A stretch of 64,000 nt of DNA from NCBI GenBank assembly GCA_035063585.1, contig JAPSGB010000005.1, positions 1 to 64,000 of the forward strand, in the 5' to 3' direction. Shown here piece after piece: positions 9,032 through 19,967 of the stretch. A model generated the notes under the pieces. It made no database searches, was not told the origin of the DNA, and saw only the letters and a list, made by a program, of their open reading frames with translations. Source of the stretch: Polyangiaceae bacterium. GTDB taxonomy: Bacteria; Myxococcota_A; Polyangia; Polyangiales; Polyangiaceae. A program made the translations under genes and the position numbers. How positions within the stretch are numbered: the stretch's first letter is position 1; every line of letters starts with the position of its first letter.

Positions 9032-9979
9032 GTGGCGTTCGATGCCTGGCTCCGCAGGTTCTTTCCGCTGGTCGTGCTGGCGCTCCTCGCGCTCGCAGCG
9101 TGGTTCTCCGCGCGCGGCGTGAGCGCGCTCTTGGGCGCTCGCGTGGCTGGCGCCCCGGCGCCGTCTCCCGTCGCGCCCACGAACGCGCCGTCGTCGAGCC
9201 CGGCGCGCGGGGGCGCCGCCGCTCCGATCCTCGCGCGGAACCCCTTCGACTCGGTGACCGGGCCGCTCGGCTCCGAGGTCGCCCCCGCGCCCGAGCCGGC
9301 GACGGCGCCGAGCGACGTCGAGCCGCTCGCGGCGCCGCCGTGCGGCGATGTCGAGGCACGGATCGTCACCGAGGCGGACGATCCGCGAGCGTCGCAGGCG
9401 GCACTCGAGGTGAAGGGCGGCGGCGCGAGGCTCTACCGCGTCGGAGATCCAGTGGGGGCGCGCAGGGTCGCCTACATCGGGTTCAACGCGCTCCGGCGGA
9501 CCCCCGCGGTGTGGCTCACCGGAGCGGACGGTCTCTGTCAGGCGCTGCTCTTCGAGCGCGGCGCGGGAGCCGAGCCGCCGCCCGAGCGCCCCGCGCTGGC
9601 GGAGCCGCCGCGCGCGCGCGCGCCGGTCGATCTCGCCGCGGCGATCCGCCGCGAAGGTGACACGCGCACCGTGATCGCCCGCGCCGCCGTCGACGAGATC
9701 CTGTCCGATCCGCGCCGGCTCATGCCCGACTCCGCCATCCTGTTCGAGACCACGGGGGAGGACGTGCTCGGGGTCCGGATCTTCAAGATCACCCCGGACT
9801 CCCTGCTCGCCCGGCTCGGTATCCGAAGCGGAGATCGGGTGGAGTCCGTGAACGGGGTTCATGTCACGAACCGCGAGAGCGCTCTCGAGGGCTACCAAGG
9901 GCTCCGGGGCCCCGGACCGGTCGAGGTCCAGGTGACGCGGAACGGCCGGCGCGTGACCATCGCGCTCGAGCCGCGCTAG
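9032..9979 (+). CDS. GspC-like protein with C-terminal PDZ (paralogue 2)
   Basis: N-terminal TM, ILARNPFDSVTGPL, PDZ-like PDSLLARLGIRSGDRVESVNG; colinear with gspC at 11687. Confidence 0.85.
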   Translation: MAFDAWLRRFFPLVVLALLALAAWFSARGVSALLGARVAGAPAPSPVAPTNAPSSSPARGGAAAPILARNPFDSVTGPLGSEVAPAPEPATAPSDVEPLAAPPCGDVEARIVTEADDPRASQAALEVKGGGARLYRVGDPVGARRVAYIGFNALRRTPAVWLTGADGLCQALLFERGAGAEPPPERPALAEPPRARAPVDLAAAIRREGDTRTVIARAAVDEILSDPRRLMPDSAILFETTGEDVLGVRIFKITPDSLLARLGIRSGDRVESVNGVHVTNRESALEGYQGLRGPGPVEVQVTRNGRRVTIALEPR

Positions 9980-10032
9980 CCGGTTTTTGCGTAGAAGCTC
10001 AAGCAGTTGGCTCCGTTCGGCGGGCCGAGCCT

Positions 10033-10066
10033 TGATCAATTGTCGCTCTCCTGACACGATGACGTG

Positions 10067-10083
<17 letters not shown>
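10033..10083 (+). promoter_or_regulatory. Three phased 12-bp boxes, candidate activator/autorepression sites
   Basis: tgatcaattgtc (10033), tgacacgatgac (10052) and tgacatattgac (10072), spaced 19-20 bp in an AT-rich patch over the regulator start. Confidence 0.45.
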
Positions 10084-11488
<1,405 letters not shown>

Positions 11489-11524
11489 GCAGCGCTCGTG
11501 CCAGCCGGCTCCGTGAGAGCCACT

Positions 11525-11537
11525 TGCCAAATTGTCA
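11525..11537. promoter_or_regulatory. Candidate upstream activator site (imperfect palindrome TGCCA-AAT-TGTCA)
   Basis: 10/13 self-complementary, 9/12 identical to the box at 10033, about 120-130 bp upstream of the sigma54 -24 element. Confidence 0.45.
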
Positions 11538-11653
11538 CGGTGAGCTCGCTCAGGCCGCGTGCCGTGCCAGCTTGGCGCCCGAGCCGGCGTGCCCTCCGGG
11601 GGGCTCGGCGAAAAACCCGCGGAATTTCGCGGTGTTCTTTCTCCGTTGACGGC

Positions 11654-11669
11654 TGGCACGCCTCTGGCT
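11654..11669 (+). promoter_or_regulatory. Sigma54 (-24/-12) promoter of the gsp operon
   Basis: TGGCACG-cctc-TGGCT gives GG-N10-GC, just upstream of gspC and downstream of a sigma54 activator gene. Confidence 0.65.
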
Positions 11670-11686
11670 TTATACCCCCCGGACTC

Positions 11687-12661
11687 GTGGCCTTCGACGC
11701 TCTCCTCAAGCGCTGGTTCACCCTGGTGGTGCTCGGCCTGGTCGCCGTGATGGCGTACTTCCAGGCGTCGGGCGCCACCCAGCTGCTCGGCGCCGCGCTC
11801 GGCGCTGGCGAGGGCCTCACCGCGCCGCCGGCCGCGCCGCAACCGCCAGACCCGATGGCGGCTTCGGGCGCGAACAAGAGCGCGGAACCGATCCTGGACC
11901 GGAACCCCTTCGACTCGGTTACCGGTCCGCTGAACGCGACCCCGATCCCGGTCCCCGAGGCGCGTTCGACCGCGCCGGACATCTCCGATCCGCTCTCGGC
12001 TCCCGCGTGCGATGGCCTCCGCGTCGCCATCATCACCGAGTCGCCCGACCCGCAGTGGTCGCTCGCGGCGATTCAAGGCCCGGGTGAGCCGAAGCCGACC
12101 ATCCGTCGTGTCGGGGACACCGTCGGCGGCAGCCAGATCGCGTACATCGGATACAACTCGAAGGAGCAGAGCCCGTCGGTGTGGGCGACCAGCGGACCGA
12201 GCTTGTGCCAGGCGCTCCTCTTCGCCGCGCAGCCTGCGCCTACCGCAGCGCCCAAGGCGACGCCGACGCCGACGCCCGGCAAGCCTGCCGGAGCGTCTCG
12301 GGTTCCTTCCGACATCGCTTCCAAGATCCAGAAGGTCAGCGACACCGAGTTCAACGTCGACCGCAGCGTGGTGGACAAGATCCTCGAGAACCAGGCGGAG
12401 CTGATGCGCTCGGCGCGCATCGTCCCGGAGCAGCAGAACGGCAAGGTGGTCGGGATTCGGCTCTTCGGGGTCGCGCCGGACTCGCTGCTCGGCACGCTCG
12501 GCCTGCAGAACGGCGACCGCTTGGAGGCCATCAATGGCTTCAACATGAGCAGCCCCGAGAAGGCGCTCGAGGCCTACGCGAGGCTTCGCACCGCGCCAAA
12601 CCTCAACGTCAAGATCAACCGCCGTGGCCAGTCCATGGGTATCGATTTTCACATCAAGTAG
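11687..12661 (+). CDS. gspC: Type II secretion protein GspC (TM, HR, PDZ)
   Basis: GTG start VAFDALLKRWF aligns with the paralogue start; ARIVP...GIRLFGVAPDSLLGTLGLQNGD PDZ; first gene before the secretin. Confidence 0.92.
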   Translation: MAFDALLKRWFTLVVLGLVAVMAYFQASGATQLLGAALGAGEGLTAPPAAPQPPDPMAASGANKSAEPILDRNPFDSVTGPLNATPIPVPEARSTAPDISDPLSAPACDGLRVAIITESPDPQWSLAAIQGPGEPKPTIRRVGDTVGGSQIAYIGYNSKEQSPSVWATSGPSLCQALLFAAQPAPTAAPKATPTPTPGKPAGASRVPSDIASKIQKVSDTEFNVDRSVVDKILENQAELMRSARIVPEQQNGKVVGIRLFGVAPDSLLGTLGLQNGDRLEAINGFNMSSPEKALEAYARLRTAPNLNVKINRRGQSMGIDFHIK

Positions 12662-12666
12662 AGCGC

Positions 12667-15219
12667 ATGAACCTCCTCCGTTCGCCGCTTCGGTCTGCGT
12701 TGCCGGCCCTGCTCCTCCTGTCCAGCCCGGCCTTCGCGCAAGCGCCGCCCATTCGCGCCCAGCGACCGCGGCTCCCCGCGGCTCCTGCGGCTCGGCCGGC
12801 AGCTCCCGCCGCGGCCGCGCCCGCGGCCGGCAGGGCGCCGACCACGCCCGCTCCGGCGCCCGCCGCGGCTCCGCCGATCATCCCCGGCGCGACCGACAGC
12901 GAGCCGCCCACCAGCATGGACGCCATCGCGCGCGCGGTGGACACGCCGTACCGCCCGAAGCCGGGTGGGTTCCGCGTGAAGTTCAACCTACAGGACGCCG
13001 ACCTCGCCGAGCTCGTGAATCACATCAGCGGGATGACCGGCAAGCGCTTCATCTACGGGCCCAAGGTCCGCCAGATCAAGGCGACGGTGGTGTCGCCGAC
13101 ACCGGTCACGCTGGAGGAGGCCTACCAGGCGTTCTTGTCGATCCTCGAGGCGAACGGCATGACCGTGATCCCGCACGGTCAGTTCCTCAAGATCGTCGAC
13201 ACCGGCGGCATCGTCGGCGCGCCGACGCCGGTCTACTCGCGCGGCGCGCCGGTGCCGGACACCGATCGCTACATCACGCGGCTCTACCGCTTGAAGAACG
13301 TCTCCGCCGAGGAGGTCGCGCAGCTCCTCACCAAGTTCAAGAGCAAGGAGGGCGACATCTCGATCTATGCGCCCGGCCAGCTCCTCATCGTCACCGACAC
13401 GGGCTCCAACATCCGGCGGATGATCCGCATCATCGAGGAGGTCGACGTCGGAGGCTCGAGCAACAAGATGTGGATCGAGCCGGTCCACTACGGCTCGGCG
13501 TCCGAGCTCGCCAAGCGCATCAACGAGCTCTTCGACTTGGGGGGGCAGGGCGGCGCGGCCGGCGGCGCGGGCGGCGGCCTGGTCAAGGTAGTCGCCGACG
13601 ATCAGACCAACTCGCTCATCGTGGTGGGCAACGAGGAGGCCTATCTCCGCCTCCTCGAGCTCATGAAGCGGCTCGACTCGCAGCCGGCCGCGGAGGGTCG
13701 GGTGCACGTCCTCCCGCTCCAGAACGCGGTGGCCGAGGAGCTCGCCCAGACGCTCACCCAGATGTTGAGCGGCGCAGGCACCGGCGCCCGGCAGCCCGGA
13801 CAGCCCGGCGGAGAGGGAGATCTGTTCGAGGGGACGGTCCGGGTGACGGCCGACAAGGCGACCAACTCGCTCATCATCACCTCTTCGGCGCGCGACTACG
13901 CGCAGATGCGCATGGTCGTCGATCAGCTCGACATGCGCCGCCGCCAGGTGTTCATCGAGGCGGTCATCATGGACGTCGTCGTCGATCACTCGACCACCCT
14001 CGGCACGTCCTTTCACGGCGGCGCGCAGTCCAACATCGGCGGGGGAGGGGACTCGCTCTTCCTCGGCGGGTTCCAGGCGAGCAACTCGGCCTCCTTCCCG
14101 CTGAACCAGGACGCGCTGCAGGGCGCGGCGCTCGGCGTGCGCGGGCCCGATCTGCCGGGCACCTCGAACCTGCTCGGCACCGGGCTCAGCATCCCCGCGT
14201 TCGGCGTGGTGCTGAACGCCATCGCGAGCAACAGCGACTCCAACGTGCTCGCCACGCCCCACATCATCGCGACCGACAACACGCCGGCCGAGATCAACGT
14301 CGGCGAGAACATCCCGCTCCAGACCAACGTCGGAGGGAGCGCGCTCGGCGGCCTGGGCTCGCTCGCGGGCCTGGCCGGCGGAGCTTCCGGCGCTACCGCC
14401 GGGCTGGGAGCGCTCGCCGGGCTCGGCGCGCTCGGCGGCTACGGCTACAGCGCACCCCGGCAGGATGTGGGCACCAAGATCAAGGTGACGCCCCACGTCA
14501 ATTCCACGAACCAGGTGCGGCTCGAGATTGAAGAGGAGATCAGCAACCCGGGCGCCGCGGTCGGCGCGCTCGGCGCGGTGCCCATCACCAAGCGCACGGC
14601 GAAGACGACCGTGGTCGTCGACGATCAGCAGACGGTGGTCATCGGCGGGCTGATGCGCGACTCGGTGGTGAAGACGCGCACCAAGGTGCCCGTGCTCGGT
14701 GATCTCCCGGTCCTCGGGTTTCTATTTCGGAAGACGACCAACGAGAATCGAAAGAGCAACCTGCTCCTCGTCCTTACGCCGTACGTCATCCAGAGCCAGG
14801 CCGATCTCCGCAAGATCTTCGAACGGAAGATGCAGGAGCGACAGGAGTTCCTGGATCGGTATTTCGTGTTCGGCGGGAGCGACTGGGAACCGCCCAAGGA
14901 CTGGTCGCGCACCAACGGGCTGGTCGAGGACATCCGGCAGGCGTACTTCCAGGTGGAGGAGCGACAGCGCCTCGAGGCCGAGAGTCAGCCCTCCGAGAAG
15001 GCCGAGCACGCGCCGACCGAGCCCATCGATCTGCCGTCCGGGGTGAGGCCGGGCGCGGGCGGCAGCGGCGCACCCGCACCGGTCCCGGTGCAGCAGCCTC
15101 AGCCGCGGCGGATCCGGACCCCACGTCCGGCGCCCGCGCCGACCGGGCAGTCCGACCCGCCGATCCGTATCAACCCGATGGCGCGCAGCGTAACCGCGAG
15201 CGTAGACCGCGTCGAGTGA
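12667..15219 (+). CDS. gspD: Type II secretion secretin GspD
   Basis: Signal peptide (AFA-Q), N domains, QVFIEAVI, QTVVIGGLM, KVPVLGDLPVLGFLF, LLLVLTPYVI. Confidence 0.97.
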   Translation: MNLLRSPLRSALPALLLLSSPAFAQAPPIRAQRPRLPAAPAARPAAPAAAAPAAGRAPTTPAPAPAAAPPIIPGATDSEPPTSMDAIARAVDTPYRPKPGGFRVKFNLQDADLAELVNHISGMTGKRFIYGPKVRQIKATVVSPTPVTLEEAYQAFLSILEANGMTVIPHGQFLKIVDTGGIVGAPTPVYSRGAPVPDTDRYITRLYRLKNVSAEEVAQLLTKFKSKEGDISIYAPGQLLIVTDTGSNIRRMIRIIEEVDVGGSSNKMWIEPVHYGSASELAKRINELFDLGGQGGAAGGAGGGLVKVVADDQTNSLIVVGNEEAYLRLLELMKRLDSQPAAEGRVHVLPLQNAVAEELAQTLTQMLSGAGTGARQPGQPGGEGDLFEGTVRVTADKATNSLIITSSARDYAQMRMVVDQLDMRRRQVFIEAVIMDVVVDHSTTLGTSFHGGAQSNIGGGGDSLFLGGFQASNSASFPLNQDALQGAALGVRGPDLPGTSNLLGTGLSIPAFGVVLNAIASNSDSNVLATPHIIATDNTPAEINVGENIPLQTNVGGSALGGLGSLAGLAGGASGATAGLGALAGLGALGGYGYSAPRQDVGTKIKVTPHVNSTNQVRLEIEEEISNPGAAVGALGAVPITKRTAKTTVVVDDQQTVVIGGLMRDSVVKTRTKVPVLGDLPVLGFLFRKTTNENRKSNLLLVLTPYVIQSQADLRKIFERKMQERQEFLDRYFVFGGSDWEPPKDWSRTNGLVEDIRQAYFQVEERQRLEAESQPSEKAEHAPTEPIDLPSGVRPGAGGSGAPAPVPVQQPQPRRIRTPRPAPAPTGQSDPPIRINPMARSVTASVDRVE

Positions 15220-16994
15220 GCGCCATGCTGGAACAGCGCGCGCTCGGTGACATCCTCGTGAGACGCGGCGTAGTGACGCTGGACGCGCTCGAGCCGCTCT
15301 ACGCCCAGCAGCGCGACAGGGGTACTGGGCTCGTCGAGCTGGTCGTGCAGAGCCAACTCGCGAGCGACCATCAGGTCGCGCGGGCGCTCGCCGCCGAGTG
15401 CGGGCTCGGCTTCGTCGAGCGGATCGAAGCGGAGTCCGTCCCGCTCGCGATCGCGACCCGGATCCCGATTGGGTACGCTCGCTCGCACAAGCTCCTCGTG
15501 GTGAGCGAGACGGACGACGTCGTCGAGGTGATCTGCGGGGATCCGCTCGATACCGCGGCGCTCGACGACGTCCGCGCGATGTTCGAGAAGCCGGTAGTGG
15601 CGCAGGTGGCGCTACCGGACGTGGTCGCGGACGCGATCATGCGCGTCTACGAGCGGCAGGACACCAGCAGTGAGCTCGAGTCCTCCCACGAGTTCGGCGC
15701 GGACGAGGCCATCGACATCCTCGAGTCCGACGAGGAAGCCCCCATCATCCGCTGGGTCAACAACCTCTTCTCCCAGGCGGTCAAGGAGCGCGCGAGCGAC
15801 ATCCATATCGAGCCCGAGGAGAAGGAGGTCCTGGTCCGCTATCGGATCGACGGTCAGCTCTACGTCGCGCGGCGCGCCAGCCGGCAGTTCATGAGCGCGG
15901 TGGTCGCTCGCGTGAAGATCATGGCTGGGCTGAACATCGCCGAGAAACGGCTCCCCCAAGACGGGCGCATCTCTCTCCGGATCGCCGGCCGGGCCATCGA
16001 CGTCCGCGTGTCCACCATCCCGACCAGCCGGGACGCCGAGCGGATCGTGATGCGACTGCTCCACAAGACCAACGTGCTCCTCGAGTTGACCGAGCTCGGC
16101 TTCTCGGAGCGCGACTACCGCTTGATGGATCAGCTCGTCCATCGGCCGAACGGGATCATCCTCGTCACCGGGCCGACCGGCAGCGGCAAGACGACCACGC
16201 TCTACGCTTGCCTCAACAAGATCAACCGGCCAAATATCAACATCCTGACCGCGGAGGATCCCGTCGAGTACGAGATCGGCGGGATCCATCAGGTCGCCGT
16301 CCAGCCGAAGATCGGCCTCACCTTCGCCAGCGCGCTTCGCGCGTTCCTCCGGCAGGATCCCGACGTGATCATGGTCGGTGAGATCCGCGATCGGGAGACC
16401 GCCGAGATCGCCATCCACGCCTCGATGACCGGCCACCTGGTGCTCTCCACGATTCACACCAACGACGCCGCCGGCGCGGTGACCCGCCTGGTCGAGATGG
16501 AGATCGAGCCGTTCTTGGTCCGCTCCACCGTGATTGGGATCCTCGCTCAACGGCTCGTGCGCGTCCTGTGCGAAGACTGCAAAGAGCCTTATCAGGCCAC
16601 CCCGTTCGAGCTCCAACAGCTCGGGATCGATCCCGAGCGCACCCGCCGCCGCGATCAGCGAGTGCTGTCGCCTCGTTACCTCACGCATGACGCCAATTAC
16701 GTGCCGGTGGGCTGGCGGGAACCGACCATGCCGACCTTCTTTCGTGCGCGGGGCTGCGAGCGCTGTGACAACAAGGGCTACTCCGGGCGTCGCGGCATCT
16801 ACGAGCTCTTGATCGCCGACGACGCGGTGGGCTCACTCATCCTCCAGAACGCGGATGCCCAGGCCATCAAGCGAGCGGCGCAGGCGCAGGGGATGGATTC
16901 GCTCCGCGACGACGGTGCTCGGAAGGTGCTCCTCGGCCGGACCACGGTAGAGGAGGTCGTAGCGGCGACCCAAGAAGACGTGTTTCTCGACTAG
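15216..16994 (+). CDS. gspE: Type II secretion ATPase GspE with MshEN-like N-terminus
   Basis: ASDIHIEP, GPTGSGKTTT, EDPVEY, LRQDPDVIMVGEIRD, tetracysteine motif; N-terminal LGDILVRRGVV. Confidence 0.98.
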   Translation: MSAMLEQRALGDILVRRGVVTLDALEPLYAQQRDRGTGLVELVVQSQLASDHQVARALAAECGLGFVERIEAESVPLAIATRIPIGYARSHKLLVVSETDDVVEVICGDPLDTAALDDVRAMFEKPVVAQVALPDVVADAIMRVYERQDTSSELESSHEFGADEAIDILESDEEAPIIRWVNNLFSQAVKERASDIHIEPEEKEVLVRYRIDGQLYVARRASRQFMSAVVARVKIMAGLNIAEKRLPQDGRISLRIAGRAIDVRVSTIPTSRDAERIVMRLLHKTNVLLELTELGFSERDYRLMDQLVHRPNGIILVTGPTGSGKTTTLYACLNKINRPNINILTAEDPVEYEIGGIHQVAVQPKIGLTFASALRAFLRQDPDVIMVGEIRDRETAEIAIHASMTGHLVLSTIHTNDAAGAVTRLVEMEIEPFLVRSTVIGILAQRLVRVLCEDCKEPYQATPFELQQLGIDPERTRRRDQRVLSPRYLTHDANYVPVGWREPTMPTFFRARGCERCDNKGYSGRRGIYELLIADDAVGSLILQNADAQAIKRAAQAQGMDSLRDDGARKVLLGRTTVEEVVAATQEDVFLD

Positions 16995-17002
16995 GTTGGA
17001 AG

Positions 17003-18229
17003 ATGGCCGTCTACGAATTTCGCGGCATCGCGGCCGACACCGGAAAGCCCGTGAAGGGCTACCGGGACGCCGACAACGCGAGAGCGCTGCGCGCCGTGCT
17101 GCGTCGAGACGGCATCCTGCTCACGGCGGCCACCGAGGAGGCCGAGCGGAAGAAGCAGGCGCAGCGCAACATAGATTTCTTCGCCATCTTCCGGCGAGTC
17201 TCCGCCGCCGACGTCGCGGTCATGACACGCCAGCTCGCGACCCTGGTTCGCGCGGGCGTTCCCCTGGTCGACTCGGTCGCGGCAATGACCGAACAGGTGG
17301 AGAAGGAGGTCTTGGTGCGCGTGCTCACCGCGGTGCGCGAGAGCCTCAACGAAGGGACCAGCTTCGCCAAGTGCCTCGAGGCGCACCCGCGGGTGTTCCC
17401 GCCGCTCTATGTCAACATGGTGGCGGCCGGTGAAGCCTCGGGGACACTCGAGACCGTGCTCGAGCGCCTCGCGGACTTCATGGAAGGTCAGGCGCGCTTG
17501 AAGGGGAAGGTGGTAGCGGCGCTCGCCTATCCGGTGCTCATGACCATCATCGGCTCGGTGCTGGTGAGCGTGCTCATGATCGCGGTGGTCCCCAAGGTCA
17601 CGAGCATCTTCGACAACCTCGGGCAAGCGCTCCCTTGGTACACGCAGCTCCTCATCTTTACGTCCCACGTGCTGGGCTCGTACTGGTGGCTCATCCTCGG
17701 GCTAGGCGGGCTCGGCTTCTATTTCTTCCGTCGCTGGCTGCGGACCGACGCGGGTCGCTTCAAGTGGGACGCCGCGATGATCAAAGTGCCGGTGTTCGGC
17801 CGCTTGAACCTGCTGGTCGCGGTGGCGCGCTTCTCGAAGACGCTCTCCACCCTGCTCGCCAGCGGCGTGCCGCTGCTGAAGGCGATGGAGATTGGCAAGA
17901 ACGTCCTTCAAAACGCTCGGCTGGAGGCCGTGATCGGCGAGGCGATCGGCTCCATTCGTGAGGGCGAGAGCATCGCGGAGCCGCTCAAACGGAGCGGCCA
18001 GTTCCCGCCCATGGTGACGCACATGATCACCGTCGGGGAGCGCAGCGGACAGCTGGAGGCCATGCTCGAGAACGTCAGCCGAGCGTACGAAGCGGACGTG
18101 GAGACGCGGGTCGCCGCGCTCACCAGCCTGCTCGAACCTCTCATGATCGTCATCCTCGGCGGGGTGGTGGGCTTCATCGCCCTCAGTATCCTCATGCCGC
18201 TCATCCAGATGAACGCCCTGGTGCAGTGA
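17003..18229 (+). CDS. gspF: Type II secretion platform protein GspF
   Basis: TRQLATLVRAGVPL, AGEASGTL, YPVLM, GERSGQL, LLEPLMI. Confidence 0.97.
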   Translation: MAVYEFRGIAADTGKPVKGYRDADNARALRAVLRRDGILLTAATEEAERKKQAQRNIDFFAIFRRVSAADVAVMTRQLATLVRAGVPLVDSVAAMTEQVEKEVLVRVLTAVRESLNEGTSFAKCLEAHPRVFPPLYVNMVAAGEASGTLETVLERLADFMEGQARLKGKVVAALAYPVLMTIIGSVLVSVLMIAVVPKVTSIFDNLGQALPWYTQLLIFTSHVLGSYWWLILGLGGLGFYFFRRWLRTDAGRFKWDAAMIKVPVFGRLNLLVAVARFSKTLSTLLASGVPLLKAMEIGKNVLQNARLEAVIGEAIGSIREGESIAEPLKRSGQFPPMVTHMITVGERSGQLEAMLENVSRAYEADVETRVAALTSLLEPLMIVILGGVVGFIALSILMPLIQMNALVQ

Positions 18230-18639
18230 TGAGACGCCGTCGCTTGGAGGAACGAACCTTCTTCCCGTGGGAAGCTCGCCATGGGCTTCGCCATTGGTTC
18301 GGCGTGCGGCGAGTCCGCGCGCTCCTCTTGGGGGCTTCGGCGCTCGGCTTTCTGGTGGTGATTGGTCTGCGAGAGCGCCGGCAAGTCGGCGTCCGCCAGA
18401 CGCGCGCCGTCTTGCTCGACGTGCGACGCGCGGTGGACGCCTTCATGGCAGGCCACGACGGCGCGTGCCCGCGGGACGTGGGCGCGGCCACCGCGTATGT
18501 AAGTCTGAAGGAGCCCCCGCGTGACGCGTGGGGGCATCCGCTCCGGCTCATCTGTCCGGGGCGTCGCGAAGGCTCGCGCTACGAGCTCTTGAGCGATGGC
18601 CCCGACGGTTTGCCGGCTGGCCTGGACCGCATCGAATGA
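18226..18639 (+). CDS. GspG-like head domain on a TM anchor, no prepilin cleavage motif
   Basis: C-terminal PRDAWGHPL...YELLSDGPDG..DRI resembles GspG DPWG..Y.L.S.GPDG; stop/start overlap with gspF. Confidence 0.75.
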   Translation: MMRRRRLEERTFFPWEARHGLRHWFGVRRVRALLLGASALGFLVVIGLRERRQVGVRQTRAVLLDVRRAVDAFMAGHDGACPRDVGAATAYVSLKEPPRDAWGHPLRLICPGRREGSRYELLSDGPDGLPAGLDRIE

Positions 18640-18650
18640 CGAGGACCCCC

Positions 18651-19154
18651 ATGACACATTCAGCCAAGTCTCCCTTCTCTGCGACGTCGCCCGCACCGGT
18701 TCGGGGCGAACAGCGCTCGTTCAGCTTGGCGCGGCTATACGCGAGGATGCGCGCCGTTCAGGCGGCGCGAGGCGCCCAGCGGGGCGTGACGCTGGTCGAG
18801 GTGCTCATCGTGGTCGCCATCATCGCGATGGTCGCAGGCGGTGTGACGGTCTTCGCGCTCCCCCGCTATCGAGAGTCGCAGATCAAGCTGGCCGGGACCG
18901 GGGCGCAGACCATCCGCGGCGCCGTCCAGAACTGGCAAGCGACGACCAACGAGACGACCTGCCCGACCATCAGCCAACTCGTGCAGGAGAAGTACCTCGA
19001 TCCGGGCGCCAGCACCTCCGATCCCTGGGGGCAGCCCTATACCTTGACCTGCACGGACGATGAGGTCGTCGTCACCTCCGCGGGGCCTGACAAGAAGAAG
19101 GGCAGCTCGGATGACATCCGAGTGCCCAAGGGTACGACCGCGGAAGCGGAATAG
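18651..19154 (+). CDS. gspG: Major pseudopilin GspG-like
   Basis: RG|VTLVEVLIVVAII, DPWGQPY, SAGPDKKKGSSDDI; GAGGA RBS at 18641; start uncertain (18636/18651/18747). Confidence 0.85.
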   Translation: MTHSAKSPFSATSPAPVRGEQRSFSLARLYARMRAVQAARGAQRGVTLVEVLIVVAIIAMVAGGVTVFALPRYRESQIKLAGTGAQTIRGAVQNWQATTNETTCPTISQLVQEKYLDPGASTSDPWGQPYTLTCTDDEVVVTSAGPDKKKGSSDDIRVPKGTTAEAE

Positions 19155-19163
19155 CGGGCGCGA

Positions 19164-19967
19164 ATGGCTCTCCGCGGCGTCCGGATGACCGAGCGGAGGG
19201 GCGCCGTGACGCCCCGTCGCTCGGATCTACCCGGATGGCCACCGGGAGCGCGAGCGGGTCGCGGCGGAGACCGCGGGGCGCGTGGCCTCACCTTGGTCGA
19301 GGTGCTGGTCGTCATCGCGCTCATCGCGCTCTTGAGCGGTGCCATCGTGTTCGGCTCCGGGATGTTCGCGAGCAGTCGCGAGCGAGCTGCCGCGATGCTG
19401 GTGGTGAGCGGGGTTCGCCTCGGGCTCACTCGAGCCAACGCCACCGGAAATCCGGTGCGGATGGTGTTCGACCTCGACCACGACCGGATTCAACTGGAAG
19501 AGACGAGCGGTCCGATGCTCCGCGTGAAGGAAGAGGGCGAGAGCACTGGCGGCGGCGCCGAGCCGGCGACCGAAGCGGAGCGCAAGGCGCGTGAGGAGTC
19601 GGACCGGATCCTCGAGGGGCCGCGAGCGCCGCGCGCCAGCTTCAAGCCGGTCGCGCAGTTCGGCTTCGATGGTGACGACCCGGGTCAAGGGCGTGAGCTC
19701 GGCAAGGACGTCCATTTCGTGGAGGTGCAGACCGACCATGACGGCCAAGCCCGCAGCGAGGGGCGGGCCTATCTGTACTTCTGGCCGGGCGGGGACACCG
19801 AGCGGGCCGTCGTGCAGCTTCGGATCGGGAGTCGCGACGACGGGCTCACCGTCGAGGTGAGCCCGCTCACGGGCAGAGCGCGGATCCGGCGCGGACTCCA
19901 CGCGCTCGAGGACCGGCGGGACGACGCCGATTTCGGCGAGCGCAAGGGCGAGGAGGACACGCCGTGA
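19164..19967 (+). CDS. gspH: Minor pseudopilin GspH/FimT-like
   Basis: RG|LTLVEVLVVIALIA, YLYFWPGG; operon position; start uncertain. Confidence 0.8.
   Translation: MALRGVRMTERRGAVTPRRSDLPGWPPGARAGRGGDRGARGLTLVEVLVVIALIALLSGAIVFGSGMFASSRERAAAMLVVSGVRLGLTRANATGNPVRMVFDLDHDRIQLEETSGPMLRVKEEGESTGGGAEPATEAERKAREESDRILEGPRAPRASFKPVAQFGFDGDDPGQGRELGKDVHFVEVQTDHDGQARSEGRAYLYFWPGGDTERAVVQLRIGSRDDGLTVEVSPLTGRARIRRGLHALEDRRDDADFGERKGEEDTP

Noticed and set aside
7277..9359. Long overlapping ORFs 7277..9016 (+) and 7824..9359 (-), and similar ones such as 46960..49101 and 49091..51310
   Set aside because: Arg/Ala/Gly-rich antisense or off-frame shadows typical of high-GC DNA, overlapping well-supported genes
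11498..11686. N-terminal extensions given by the ORF track for gspC (also gspD, gspJ, the TPR protein, ftsB, accB, gyrA)
   Set aside because: They run through promoter regions or upstream genes; later starts fit the motifs or RBS better
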